In this document: positions 25,840 to 42,213 of the stretch, piece by piece | Numbering within the stretch: the first letter of the stretch is position 1 | Layout of the letters: each line of letters begins with the position of its first letter | NCBI GenBank assembly: GCA_951406725.2 | Contig: OX597832.1 | Span: forward strand, 27,404,001-27,468,000 | DNA from: Octopus vulgaris | Taxonomy: Eukaryota | Direction: 5' to 3' | Length of the DNA stretch: 64,000 nucleotides | Notes under the pieces: model-generated | What the model was told of the DNA's origin: nothing | What the model saw: the letters and a program-made list of their open reading frames with translations, nothing else | Databases searched by the model: none | Translations under genes and position numbers: made by a program

Positions 25840-26289
25840 ATGTAGACACACCGCTATTCACACGGCCCTTCTCTCACACCTATTTCGGGGGTCTTCGTTG
25901 CACTCCCTACAGAACCCCACACATATCTTTTCCGTTACTGTCGCATAATATACATTTCGATGTAAGCATTTTTATTTCATCCTGACCGTCATGAATAGAC
26001 ATCAGCTGTGTAAATAATTAATTAGCTAATTAACACGGCTGTGATATTTTGTGTGTATTTAAACTATAATTATACCGGTTACAGAAACATGCATTCGCAA
26101 AACTTTTTCTCTATTTACTGTAAATAGACAGAACACTATTTAAAACCTACACCGGTTAAAGCATATTATTAGTAGAAAGTTTTGACACCACACCGCCTCT
26201 ACAGGCTTCTCGGTTTACCACGAACCAATGTTAAGTCTATAATTGCCTTCATGAGTGCATTCTGTGCGTGCTGGGATTTACATTATGAA

Positions 26290-26397
<108 letters not shown>

Positions 26398-26814
26398 GCA
26401 AGCAAGCTCATATAGCAAAATGATTACAACAGGATCAAATGCCAGAGAAGTTACTATTATTAGCTTCACGCTCCGGCGAACAGAAATATAATTGTTTTGA
26501 ATAGAAACTTGTTACTTGTTCAAATATGCTTGAGGTAATATTCGAACCCGTAAGGAGGCCGTTCACTGTATTTTGTGATGGAGAAAATTTCTCGCTGCAG
26601 AGACAAAGGTATAAATACACCGAGTCAGCTCACCGCGCCACTTAACTTATTTGAACAGGTAACAAGTTTGTATTTTATGAACATCACTGCATTGCGCTGT
26701 CGACAGGTAATTGTCTTAAAGGTTGTTTGATCGATTTTCCAAAGAATCGGTTCCAACCCAGGAATTTGCGAAGCGAAAAATTCAGTCATGTTTCCTGCTC
26801 TTAAGTACTTACTT

Positions 26815-27270
26815 ACATACAACCCTTTGTCATTCATGTTAAGGAAGTCTGAAGGATATGTCACTGGTTCACAAGGAAACAGAACTACCAAAATTACATA
26901 CTGCTTCGTTGTGGATGACTTAAAACTTTATGCAAAGAATATGCATGAGATGAAAAAGAGCCTTGACCTGGTTACAACATTCTCAAAGGATGTAGGTTGG
27001 AGTTTGGTCAGGATAAATGTTGTTATATGGTTGTGAAAAGGGGGAAAGCTACAAACCAGACGAGTAACATCTCCATCAATTATATGGCTGTTTCCTCTGT
27101 ATCTGACGAGGAATGTTACAGGTATCTAAGGGTGGATGAAAATATATCTTATAATGGCACCTGTAACAAAACATGTGTCACTAAAGAATATTACAGCCGA
27201 ATAAAGAAAATTTGGGCCTCAGATCTCTCTGCATTCGATAAAACAGTGGCCCACAATGTTATAGTAATTA
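26815..27270 (+). pseudogene. R4/Dong-type non-LTR retrotransposon RT fragment, frameshifted
   Basis: NPLSFMLRKSEGY..ITYCFVVDDLKLYAKN..LVTTFSKDVG / MEFGQDKC..YRYL..KEYYSRIKKIWASDLSAFDK. The xxDDLKLY and FSxDIGMxFGxDKC motifs are typical of this clade. Frameshift near 26997. Confidence 0.85.
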
Positions 27271-28029
27271 CTACAATTTATAGTAATTAAAATATAGAAG
27301 AGACAAACATACACTCATACGTACATTGATGCAAGCATACATACATATATATACATGCTTACATGCGGGCATATAGTGTACATATATACCTACATATGTA
27401 CATACATACATATGTACATACATACATACATACCAATATATACACATATTCATCATATATACACGTATATGTGCATCATGTATACATATATTCGTACACG
27501 TATATACAGATATACATACGTAGATATATAAATACATGGAGAAGCAGATACAAATTACTTAGTGTATAGTTTAGGTATTGGGTTTCGTATATTGATATCT
27601 CTGTTATAGTACAGAGTTCATTGAGCTGGACTACATGAATATTTGCATGTAGACAGACACACAGACAGACATATATTATCACACAGCCATAATGAAGAAA
27701 TATATTCATGAAAAATATTTCAGAGGGCTCAATAAAAAGAATAGAAAACCGCATAAAATTCAGCGGTGCAATGTAATAAAAATATATGGAAGTCATATGG
27801 ACAAAATGGCGACTATGAATAAAGAACAGATAGACGACTATTAAAATGATGGAAATTAGATGAGTGTGTGTGTGTGTGTGTGTATATGAATCTTTGTATT
27901 CGTTCATTAGTTTCATGTGTAGGACTGTGGACATGCGGGATGACCGCCTTAATATATTCTCTAACAGTCTTGTTTTCTACGTATGTATATATATCTATGT
28001 ATGTATGCATGTATATATGTCTTTTTGTT

Positions 28030-28088
<59 letters not shown>

Positions 28089-28289
28089 AGATATGTGTGT
28101 CTTAGCTCGTATATGACGATACAGTCGATTAATGCCTCAGTGAATTTGCGTCTTAGATTTTCGATATTCAAAATAAATTCTAAGATGACTTCTGTATTAA
28201 TAACTTTATACTGAATATATCAACTGTTAATTTATGTGTTCATGTGTGTATGTGTGCGTGTCTGCGTTTACGTGTCTATCTAACTGCCT

Positions 28290-28391
<102 letters not shown>

Positions 28392-28856
28392 GTATATTTC
28401 TTCATTTGTGTGTCCGTGTATTTTGGAAAGTTCAATGACTCTTAGGCAGTTCCTACAATAATGCTTCTACTTTAGAAATATATTGCTATCCATCCCTTTG
28501 AAGTAGTCGTACCCGGTACACTCTGTACTCTATATTAACAAATCAACTTATATATACATTTATGTAATTTCTATGTGCACATGCATATGTATGTATATAT
28601 AAGTAGATATGCATATACTTGTATATATAAATATATGCATATGTTAATTTATACGCACATATATATGTATATATATATATATGTATATATATACATAAAT
28701 ATGTATATATATACATATATATATATATATACGTATATATAGACATTTGTGTATATATGGTCTATGTAGATATACTTGTCTATATATATATATGTGTGTG
28801 TGTGTACGTGTACGTGTGTGTGTTTGTGAGTGTGTGTATATGTATATGTATCTATC

Positions 28857-28892
<36 letters not shown>

Positions 28893-28896
28893 TATA

Positions 28897-28998
<102 letters not shown>

Positions 28999-29041
28999 AG
29001 AAATTGAGTAAGGAATTAACAGTTATATGATAAACGTCATT

Positions 29042-29106
29042 GGCTTACAGCTGTTTTTCCCGAAAGATGCAATGCCTGAGTATCACCGTACAGCTTCATC
29101 GGAGCC
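29042..29106 (-). ncRNA. Degenerate type-I hammerhead (family 3, CAGCTG stem III)
   Basis: Minus strand: GGCT-CCGATGA-ag..long stem II region..GAAA(aa)-CAGCTG-TA-AGCC. Stem I GGCT/AGCC and palindromic stem III are present. U4C change and A insertion. Confidence 0.55.
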
Positions 29107-29309
29107 TCAAGCATAAAAACTTTGTCGTTTCTCATTACCGATCAGTACACGACTAACCTCAACAGCTCCTTTTTAGGATCCGGCTTCGGCCCTTACCCCC
29201 CCTAACGTCTTCAGCTCTGGTGTTGATTCCGTTTTTTTTTTTTTCATTTTTCTTTGGCCTTTTGTTCTTTTGTTTCTTCGATGCAACGTCAACGAATGTC
29301 AGAGGGCGA

Positions 29310-29400
29310 ATGAGTATCCTGCCAAAGGTGCCACGCAGTGCGACTGAACCCAGGACCATGAGGGACGCAATCTTCTTACCACACAGCTAAGCCTGCGCCT
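29310..29400 (-). mobile_element. 5' fragment of SINE family B
   Basis: aaggtgccacgcagtgcgactgaacccaggaccatg..cttaccacacagc. Confidence 0.8.
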
Positions 29401-29543
29401 ATATATATGTGTGTGTGTATATATATATATACGTATCTGTATATACATATACACACGCATATATATATACATACGTATATATACATACACATATATATAT
29501 ATATATATTATAATAAGAGATATATATATATACATATATACAT

Positions 29544-29606
<63 letters not shown>

Positions 29607-30831
29607 CATACATATACATATACCTACATACATACACATATATATATATATATATATATATAAATATATATATACATATACTTACACGAAGCACACGCAA
29701 ACTCATTAATATTCTACGAATATAATTTCCCATAATATCTGATACCAAATTGTATCACATCTCATCACATCGCATCACGTCAAATCACGTCAAATCACGT
29801 AAACATCACGTATGAAGCGGTATGCATTTCGAAACTTCTCAGACCGATACACACACAACACTCGATCGATACAAAAGTCAAACAAAGGTTTCTGCAAACA
29901 TAATGACACAGAATAAAAAATTCTTATGTTTGTGGTGTGCTTCTCCATTCAGCAGACAAGACATCGATACCTTCAACTTTGTTACCGTCAATAATGAAGA
30001 GTTCTACTTTGATCCGATGATTCAAAATGGAAGTACAATGCAACTATTTGCTGTGATTAAATACCTTTGCGTATTTATTACATGATTAACTTGTCGGTAG
30101 CTTTTGCTGACTGCGCATGTTTTCTGCCAACGTTTTTTTTTTTTTACTTTCTATCTTTTTATAAACTTCTCTCCTTTATTTTCTATGTATAATTTTATGT
30201 GTCTCCTTTTCCGTTTGTCGTTTTTTTTTTTTTTCGTTTTGTAATTTCAGCTGTGCTTTTTTTTTGTTATTATAATAATAATAATGATATCTGTGACGAC
30301 TATCTCTGCAATGTCATTAATAATAGGTCTTAAGTCTGTATGAAAATTTACCTTGTTAATGAATGGTTGTTAAGCAAGACGTGCGCGTTAAGAATTTTTG
30401 TTGCCAAGTGTGTTGTTTTCAATAGGCATGGCTGCTAATAAACACAATCCGTTAGTTGTGATGGGAAATACAAAAGACTTAGAAATGGGAGGGTGTATGG
30501 GGGGTGGGGGGTGAATGGTTGCTTAGTAGCGAAAAAAGAACACTGTAGCTGTGTATTCTTCTGGAAGTACCATTATGAAACAAGCACCAACCGTGCTATT
30601 GTTTTACAACCACCTGATAACCAAGAACTACCACAGACAACTGCGATAGTCTCATTTCCACACTACTGTCAAAGAACACTGTGTAGCCATCGTACTGTCA
30701 CTATACCACAACCGCCATCACCACCATCACCACCACCACCACCACCACCACCACCACCATCACCACTTCCACCACCATCACCACCACTATCATCACCCAC
30801 TACCACCACTAAAACCATCAACCCCATTACC

Positions 30832-31059
30832 TGTTTCTTTACTACCCGCAAGGGGCTAAACACAGAGGGGACAAACAAGGACAGACATAGGTAGTAAGTC
30901 GATTACATCGACCCCAGTGCGTAACTGGTACTTAATTTATCGACCCCGAAAGGATGAAAGGCAAAGTCGACCTCGGCGGAATTTGAACTCACAACGTAAC
31001 GCAGACGAAATACCGCTAAGCATTTCGCCCGGCGGGCTAACGTTTCTGCCAGCTCGCCG
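30832..31059 (-). mobile_element. Full-length SINE family D with 7-bp TSD
   Basis: Near-identical to 22866-23092. TSD cattacc at 30825-30831 and 31060-31066. Confidence 0.92.
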
Positions 31060-31225
31060 CATTACCAACCCCATTGCCAGCCACAACTAGCACACCTAGC
31101 ACTACCAACAATAACAACACTACCACCACAACCATCATCCACCACCACTATCACCCACCACCACGCACTACCACGTTTACGGCCGATTCACCATAGTGAA
31201 TAAACCTAGAGTTCACACATACACG

Positions 31226-31284
<59 letters not shown>

Positions 31285-31370
31285 ACACACGCACACATGT
31301 GTGTATATAGACAGATATGACTGTATGCTCTTGTTTTGTGTAAGCGGAAATAAAAAAAAACACGAAATGA

Positions 31371-31735
<365 letters not shown>

Positions 31736-32508
31736 TGTAATGTTGACAATGAAAGTAAAATAAACATAGAACATAAAAGCAAGAAAATAAGTGCTAAAAA
31801 TAAACACAGCAAATCCTTCCCTCCCTCCCACCCTCGCTCCCTCCAGTTCTCCCGCCCTCCCGTCTTCTCCCCTTCCACCCTCTCCCTATTCCGTAAAATA
31901 TAGGGAAAAAAAATTTAGAATTGAAGTTGAAAATCTTTATAAAACATTTATGATTTGCATAATTAATTGTCAACTTAAACCGTGTAAAACTAAATTTAAT
32001 TAAACTCATTATTTCGTTAATTACCAGCCTCAATTAGCAAGTTGCTAACGTACAGTTTCCAAGAAATATATCTGTAATTCTTGAAGTTTTTCGTTCGTTT
32101 TAATCAATTTAAATATTGGAAATCAAATAAACACTTGGAATATTTGAAGAATTTACTTTCTTTCGAAGCTGTAGACTTCGTCGTCTTTGTTGAGCTTGTT
32201 TCTCATTTTATTCTCATTCTTGAATAGATTTTTATCGAAGAATCGTGTAGTTTGGTGACGTTTGTGGAATCTGATTGAAATAACGTGGTTTTGTTGAAGA
32301 ATTTTGTGTTTTTGGCATACGTTTGCGTAAAGTTGCAGAAGCATTGTAGCCTTGGAGGTATACTTTTGAATTTCTGTAGATTGTTAAGCAAGAATCGTTG
32401 TATTTCGGTAAGGTTTCTGGAATTCTATTGAAATATCTTGGTTTTTAAGGGAGAACATTGTGTGTTATGGCTGATATAACTGTAAATTCGCAGAAATGTT
32501 ATTTTTTT

Positions 32509-32667
32509 AGGAGTGGCTGTGTGGTAAGTAGCTTGCTTACCAACCGCATGGTTCCAGGTTCAGTCCCACTGCGCGGCACCTTGAACAAGTGTCTTCAACA
32601 ATAGCCTCGGGCCGACCAAAGCCTGGTGAGTGGATTTGGTTGACGGAAACTGAAAGAAGCATAGTCG

Positions 32668-32764
<97 letters not shown>

Positions 32765-32976
32765 ATGTGTGTGTGTGTGTGTGTGTCTGTGTTTGAACCC
32801 CGCCATCTCCTGAAAACTGATGCTGATGTGTTAACCTAGCGGCTCAACGAAAGAGACCGATAGAATAAGTACTAGGCTTGCAAAGAATAAGTCCTGGGGT
32901 CGATTCGTTCGATTAAAAGTGGTGCTCCAGCATGGCCTCAGTCAAATGACTGACACATATAAAAGAATAAAAGAAT
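32509..32976 (+). mobile_element. Full-length SINE family B with internal (TA)(TG) tract
   Basis: aggagtggctgtgtggtaagtagcttgc..ggttcagtccc..ggtgctccagcatggcctcagtcaaatgactga..aaaagaataaaagaat. Confidence 0.9.
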
Positions 32977-33122
32977 ATTTTTTATAACAACTTGGATTAC
33001 ATTATATAAAAGTCTCACAACCTTTTAAAAGCTGGTTTGATTGGAGACAGATTTTGCTCTCATTTCTAGCCGATCTACGGAGTTCCATGGGTTGTATATG
33101 TATGTGTATTGGATTATGCATG

Positions 33123-33153
<31 letters not shown>

Positions 33154-33174
33154 ACATATATACATATATATATT

Positions 33175-33389
33175 CAGGGTAGCCCAAAAGTAGGTTTACA
33201 GTTGTTCAACTGTCTCTTTCGCATTCATACGTTAACAGTTAAGATCTTAATTATAAAAAAAAATATGAAGCCATTATTCTATGCTAATTTAATTAATTGT
33301 AAGATAGAAATTTAAATGTAATAAAATGTTTTAAAAGAAATTTAAAGCGCCTTCATGATAACTGTAAACCTATTTTCGGGTCACACACT
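33175..33389. mobile_element. Tc1/mariner-type MITE (~215 bp) in a TA tract
   Basis: Left TIR cagggtagcccaaaagtaggtttacagtt and right TIR aactgtaaacctattttcgggtcacac, with TA context at both ends. Confidence 0.75.
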
Positions 33390-33399
33390 ATATATATAC

Positions 33400-33455
<56 letters not shown>

Positions 33456-34045
33456 TACATATATATATACATATATATAAATATATATATACACATATAT
33501 ATACATAAATACATATATATACACACACATGCACAGATACGAACACACACATATGTTCGTAAATAAGCCTACTTATGTATGTATATATGTTTGTATATTT
33601 TTTTAATTATACACGCAGGTTACGCATTTATAAAATCTCAAAGATAATAAACACTAAATTTATGTAATTATGTTTAAATTATACACACGCATTATTCTAA
33701 ATTAAGCTTAGATTACACACACACACACACACACAAGCATGTACTGAGCAAAGTATATATACACATACTTTCGTACGTACACTCACATGTGCACACACAC
33801 ACACACACACACGTTTATCTACATACGTACATTTTGTACGAAGACTGGCGTATGTCAAACGGAAAAAAGTGTGTAATATACCCGAAATGTTAAAAGATTG
33901 AGATTAGATTAACGAAAAGAACGAATTCAATCCATCAGAATCCTCTGTAATGCATGGGGAGGTGCGCGCACGCGCGTGTCTGAGTGTGTGTGTGAGCGCG
34001 TGAGTATGCGCGTTATTAATACGCACTCACACGTGAATTCGTGTA

Positions 34046-34138
<93 letters not shown>

Positions 34139-34180
34139 TTACATATATATATATGTATATATATATATATACATATTTAC

Positions 34181-34220
<40 letters not shown>

Positions 34221-34222
34221 TA

Positions 34223-34286
<64 letters not shown>

Positions 34287-35064
34287 ATTATTATTATATA
34301 TTGATTTGGCGGAACAAAGAGAAATGGAACGCAACGCTTAAGAATAGATAGGTATATTTTTACTGGGCTGTGACTTTAAATAAGTGACGGTAGAACCGAG
34401 AGTTTCATACACATACACACACATACACACGTGCCTACTCCTCTTTACCTTCATTATCTATAAGTCCGTTTTTCTATGATCGTATGGGTTGGACGGATCT
34501 TCTTCAAAACTTGTTGTGTGATGCTTCTTTTGCGAAGCTCAGCGCCTTTCATATCAAATGTCACTGTTGGTTCTCTTTTCTTCTACTGCAGATTCTCTCC
34601 CCCTAGTTCAACGGGCACCTCTTCACCCAGCCTCCCCTCCCCCTCTCTCTCCCTTTATACCGCATCTCTGTTACCACGAAGCGGCCCTCTCTCTCGCACA
34701 TTACATTTGATTGATCTCAGTTCCTACACCCAGACGATACATAAGCTCACTAGCGTTCTAACATTACACAGCCCACAGATCAAGCTGAAACCATTTCATT
34801 CCAGCCTTAGCATATACCCCTCTTTCAGCGCCAGTGCTTCTCCACCATGACATCATGCACTTCGAACCAAATACCATAAGACCTTCATACATGGGTTATC
34901 ACCGCTGCCAGCAGAGATTATAGCACTCCGAACATTTTCTACCCGTTTAGCGTTGGCAATACGTTCTTGGAACACGTTCCTCGTGCTAATTAGACCATCG
35001 TGGGAAACGAAAGCTATCAAATATTTCAAGAGGAAAAAGGGAGTAATTTGAAAGAATCTCAATC

Positions 35065-35181
<117 letters not shown>

Positions 35182-35311
35182 TGCATATACATACACATAT
35201 ATATACATATATGCGTATATATACATATGTATATATATATACATGCATATATATATATATATATGCATATATATATATATGTGTGTGGGTGTATATATAT
35301 ATGCATATATA

Positions 35312-35453
<142 letters not shown>

Positions 35454-35697
35454 GCTGTGTATCACCGATGCAGAATTGTTTCTTCATCATTTTGCCTGCA
35501 ATCCAACTGCACCTCTTGTGTACCTACACTGCACTCAGCTTCCTGTCAACTCGTTTTCTGCATATTTAACATGCCACCATATTGGGACCTGTAGATTCTT
35601 GTACCTTTACCTGTCGACTAAATTAGCTAAGTAAATGTATATTTAGCTGTTAGTGTGTGCATATACACATGCACACACACGCGCGCACACACACACG

Positions 35698-35750
<53 letters not shown>

Positions 35751-35889
35751 GCACCACATGTACACATACAAACATACACACAACTTCATAGATATAGAAA
35801 AGATGCCATCTTGAAAATGATGTCTTCTCTTTCCACACATCTAACCAATCGAAATTCGCTTTATTTGGAAAGCAACGCGCATACGCACG

Positions 35890-35942
<53 letters not shown>

Positions 35943-36604
35943 ATCTACATGTACACACAATCATACAAACAAACACAAAAAAATACATTCACTTATAAGC
36001 AACTGCGTCCATCTTGAAAACAATCTATCTGACATTACTTTCTACATATCACAACCGCGCCATTTTTTTTTCTCCTATTTCCATCACCGCCATCTGCTAC
36101 TTCCCTCTACCTCTATCTTCTGCACCTTCCATATTTTTTTTCTATTTCTCCCATCAACCTTATCTCTGAATTTTCCTTATTCCAGTGAATTCAGAAAGGT
36201 TATCGTTTCAACGAACCTTTTTACTAATTGCTTCACTTTTTCTATTTTATCGTTCTGTTCGCCATTTCGGTGAAGTTAGTTTAATATTGCCACTCGCTAT
36301 ACATTAATATACTTCGCTTGTCTCTCTGATATGATGCTTCGTTCGTCAGTTTTCGGACTGAATGCATTCCTCAATATGAAGTAAAAACATACATTTGTCT
36401 CTGTATGTGCGTGCGTGTGTGTGTGTGTGTGTGTGTGCACGTGTCTCTGTGTGTGCGTATAGATGTACATACACTCATATATCCATATATGCATACACAT
36501 ATAGTGTTGTTCTTTTATCCATAAATGGACGTGTTATTAGATATGATATATGCAAATGTCTATGACTATATATGCAATATAAAGGTTTGATCATGTGTGA
36601 GTGT

Positions 36605-36642
<38 letters not shown>

Positions 36643-36851
36643 TCTGAAATGTGTATATATATTCGCTTTCTTTATGTGTATATACGTATATAATATAATA
36701 TAATATAATATAATATAATATAATATAATATAATATAATATAATATATATATTATATGCACTTACACACATATACATATATATATGTTTACATATATATA
36801 TTTATACAGTCACACATTCACATAATGGCACTCATACGTATATACACACCA

Positions 36852-36889
<38 letters not shown>

Positions 36890-36904
36890 CGAGAGATAGA
36901 CCTC

Positions 36905-37190
<286 letters not shown>

Positions 37191-37813
37191 AGAGAAAGAG
37201 ATAATGCTATATTTGTTTGTATTTTTGTAAGTATATGGATGTGCAAATGGAAAAAAACCCCGTTTAATTTAAAGTTTAAGCGCAGTGTTTTAACGCTATG
37301 AAATACTCGGGTGAGAAAAGAGGTTTGGAGATAGAGCACGATTGGGGTTGTTGCGCTGAGATCAGCGTTACTAGACGTGTTAACGGAGGTGGTGGTGGTG
37401 GTGTGTGTGTGTGTATGTGTGTGTGTATGTGTGTGAGTGTGTGTATGTGTGCATTGTACCCGAAATGGTACTGCGCAAGACCTTACATATTTATCTATAT
37501 TCTGGGTTCAAATCCTGCCGAAGTCGGCTTTGCTTTTGTAATTCTATGAATCGATAAAACATACAACAGACCACAGCTTGCGATTGCATCACATCTACTT
37601 ACTGTCAATAGGTACCATGAGTAGGTGCAGCTCATTATAGGAGTGCATGTTGTGAAATAATCCTGTTAAACTACCTTTTCTGCATACAATCTCACTTCTC
37701 TCTTCTTTTACTCTATCTTCTTTTCCCTCTTTCTCTCTCTCTCTCTTCTCCGACCTCTCTCTCCTCTCTCTTCTCCCTCTCTCTCCTCTCTCTCTTTTCT
37801 CTCTCTCCTCTCT

Positions 37814-37850
<37 letters not shown>

Positions 37851-37967
37851 ATTGCACATTTGTCTTTCTTTTTGCTGGTCATATATATCTGGTGACGACC
37901 ATAGACATACACATGAAAATCAATAGCATACACGTATACATTCAGATTTAAATGCAAACGCGAACAC

Positions 37968-38002
<35 letters not shown>

Positions 38003-38063
38003 CACACGCACACTTACACACGAACTTATACTTCGAGATAGTCAACAGATTGGCCCAGCACAA

Positions 38064-38102
<39 letters not shown>

Positions 38103-38447
38103 GACACGCACAGACACACACACAGACACACGCGCATACACACATAAATACATATATACATACATATATATATGCGCATATATACATACTAACATACGTA
38201 CATACATACCCATATACATATAAACGCATACACATATACATTCATACATATATTTACGTATATACATGCACACACACACACACTCACACACACACATATA
38301 TATATATACATATATATACATATACATATATACACGCATAGATCAAGACAACGGAAGACAAAAGCTTCACCCCGTGTAACCATAATTATCCAATTACCTT
38401 AGAAAATAACGCGTAATAACCACAGCCACACGTACACACACGCACAT

Positions 38448-38503
<56 letters not shown>

Positions 38504-38755
38504 ATATATATATACATATATATACGTGCGTGCGCGGGCACACACAAAACAAAAAACAGTTTAACTGAGCGGAAGAGAAGCAAAAAAATATAGAAATACA
38601 GAGGAAGGAAAAGACAATAGAAGAGGAGGGGGGAGTTGAGAGATAATGACTTAGAGGTTGGTGGGGGTGACGCTCGATAGAACCTCCATTTAAAACTATT
38701 GTGTGTATGTGTGTGTGTGTGAATGGCGCGCGTGTGTGTATGTGTATGCGTGTTT

Positions 38756-38799
<44 letters not shown>

Positions 38800-38845
38800 C
38801 GTATGTATGCATATTTGGATGTATACACATGCGCGAACGTATGCA

Positions 38846-38908
<63 letters not shown>

Positions 38909-38955
38909 CATACATACATATATAAATATATACATATACATATATACATATATAC

Positions 38956-39042
<87 letters not shown>

Positions 39043-39922
39043 CAGAGACAGAGAGACAGAGAGACAGAGAGAGACAGAGACAGAGAGAGAGACAGAGAGA
39101 AAGAAACAAACAAAGAAACAAAGAAAGAAAGATAGAAAGAAAGAAAGCGAGAGAGACACAAGCACATATATTTAGTGAAACACAATTGAAGGTACCACAC
39201 AAATAAAAGGTACCACACAGAATGAAATACACACACACACACATACGTACATACGCACACATGCAAAAATACATATGCACCCATATACACATACACACAC
39301 GAGCAAACACTCATACACACATACACAGGTACTCACACACATTTTCTTACAATCGGAAACAATTCAAGTGAACGTAAACACAACACACGCTGAAGAAGGA
39401 AGGAAGAAGAAAGTCCACCGGGCGTTAAATGGACAGCGGTGAATAGAGTACTGCGTGTTTTGGAGTACAAAGTACTCCAGCCCTATTTTGAAGTAGTTCA
39501 GCCGTAATATGCACTGTACACTATGGCCGTCCTCACCTAGATGCCGGAATTATATGATGTATAGATTTAGTGAACATTGGTTGAGCATATAGATGTAGTG
39601 GCGATTTAACATTGTTCTGAGTGGTGTGAAGTGTGTCACGGCACATCGAAACAATTGGAGTTGAAGAAAATGAACAATACAAGAACTTTATTCTGCAACC
39701 AATAGACCCAAATGCCGAATCCCATGTAAAACCCCAAAATCGCCAAAAGTCCCCATTGTTGACTTCATCACAAAATCCGTTCTTAGGCCCCAAATTACAT
39801 TAATTGCGTCCATCGAAAATTTATGCGGCTTGTTTGTATTTTTAATTTCCTCCCGATTTTTTTTGTTGATAATCCTTTCCTTCAAAGTCTCATACGTCGA
39901 AATGGATGGGAGTAACCATCAT

Positions 39923-39963
<41 letters not shown>

Positions 39964-40837
39964 TGTATTGAACTGTAACAAGAGGAATCTGTGACTTTCA
40001 TGCCTCGATTGGCATCATTTAAACATCGTTCTTCTGGATCACTTTTTACCTGGGATTTTTACAGAGCGTCGATCGTGACAACAACAGCAACAACATCAAC
40101 GCCGAAAACAACGATAAGAGTAACAACAACAACAACAACAACAACAGGAAAGCAACAACAACAACACCAAAAGTCGTATTGCGACGACTATCCTGTTATT
40201 TAGTTATAAAGATGGATATACCATGAAATAGATAAACACTCAAATAGTGAAAGCCCTTCTTCGTTATCCCCCTCTTTGTGTCTCTTTCCTTCAGCCTCTG
40301 TCTGTCTCTGTCTTTATCTTTCTCCCCCTACCCTCTCTCATTCTCTCTCTCTATCTCCCTATCTGAATCAACTACCCGGAAGTGTGAAAAGGGTCGTAGG
40401 GGAACCATATACAAAAGTCTTCTTACACCGTCTGCTCATAGAAAAGTCTTTTGTGATACTAAAACCACCCCCGAAGCGTCCCACGGGGCAGAAATTCAAA
40501 AAGGAACAAAATGGTGCTTATATTGAACAAACTACCCAAAACAGAATAACGGTGAAAAAAAAAAGGAAAAAAAGAAGGAATAACTCGTTGTAATACTCAT
40601 ACAATTGAAAGATCGAAGAGGTAAAGTAAAATATATTTGGTGATTCCATGTTTGTGATGAATGATTATTCTCCGAATCGTTAAACTTCTCTTGTCCGTCA
40701 CTACATAACATTACGTCTTTATTGCCTTTCATCTTCGTTTAGTGCATGTCTTTATATTTAGTGGTTTCTCAGTGGATTACTATCACTGGTGATGATGGTG
40801 GCGGTGGTATTAGTGATGAAAAGTGTTTATTATTATT

Positions 40838-41379
40838 GAGTGAGAGAGCAGCGCATGCCATCAAAGTGACACTGGGTACAAATATACGACGCCCAATATA
40901 CCCATCATGACTATCCGCCCGATAAGGGTGCACCAGGCACATGCATCACAACCATATGTACACGACATGGTGGTCTTATATCAAGAAAAACAGCGATAAA
41001 CAGGTGGGACCCAGTTAGAATTTACTTCAGGTCGAGTGGCCCATCCTACTCAAAAGGCCCCTGAATAAGGGTTGTTTAAGGATGATGAACAAAATACCCA
41101 TGTTTCCAGAGCTGAATTATTCAAATTCCCCCCAAATCCCTCTCAGCACGTGGCTATGATGCTCCCCCGATACTTCTGCTCGTGATCAGAGATGCACATA
41201 TCGTCAGCCACTAACGGACATGCTTAACTGGTTAAGCTCAAACAACTGACAAGCAAATCTGTGGTATTGAGCAGAATATTTGCTGTAGCCCATCTTTTAT
41301 ACCAAGACAAAACAATGTACAAGATAACACTTCCAATCAGTTAAGATCAGAAGCCATGAGAGCCACTGCCTGGTACTGC
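40838..41379 (-). mobile_element. ~540-bp non-coding interspersed element bounded by (TAA)n on both sides
   Basis: Reverse complement matches 51116-51472. Both ends abut ATT/AAT repeats. Strand is assigned only by analogy with the AAT-tailed Dong/R4 ends. Confidence 0.8.
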
Positions 41380-41550
41380 TATTATTATTATTATCATTAT
41401 TATTATTATTATTATTATTATCATTATTATTATCATTATTATTATTATTATTATTATCATTATTATTATCATTATTATCATTATTATTCATTATTATTAT
41501 TATTATTATCATTATTATTATCATTATTATTATCATTATTATTATTATTA

Positions 41551-41611
<61 letters not shown>

Positions 41612-41643
41612 CATTATTATTATTATTATTATTATTATCATCA

Positions 41644-41693
<50 letters not shown>
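41380..41693. repeat. (ATT)n/(ATC) microsatellite
   Basis: Direct reading. Confidence 0.97.
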
Positions 41694-41694
<1 letters not shown>

Positions 41695-42037
41695 GTGGTG
41701 GTGGTGGTGATAAAGTTGGAGTGGGAGCGATAGCGATTAAGTAATAGTGCTGAGGAAGATGGTGTTGTTGCTGTTGTAGCTGTTTTTGGTGGCGGTGGTG
41801 GTGGTGTTAGTATTCATGGAGATATGACTGCACTTGTGCCTGCATGTATGTGATGATGTGTTTGTGCCTGTATGTGTATGTATGTGATGATGTGCAGGTG
41901 TGTGTTTGTGTCTGTATGTGTATGTTTGTCGGTGTGTATGTTCGCATGCTTGTTAGTGGCATGTCTCTGTGTATGTCTGTTTATATATATATGTATGTGT
42001 GTGTGTGTGTATGCTAATATGTCTGTGTGTGCTAATA

Positions 42038-42092
<55 letters not shown>

Positions 42093-42213
42093 CGTTATGT
42101 AATCTATGTTTCTTTATTTTTTCTCCCTTCTGCGCTGTTGTTTGTTAATTATCCACCCTTAATTACCCGGATATCTTGTAATAAAGTAGATCTAATTAAT
42201 CACCTCTTCCAAC

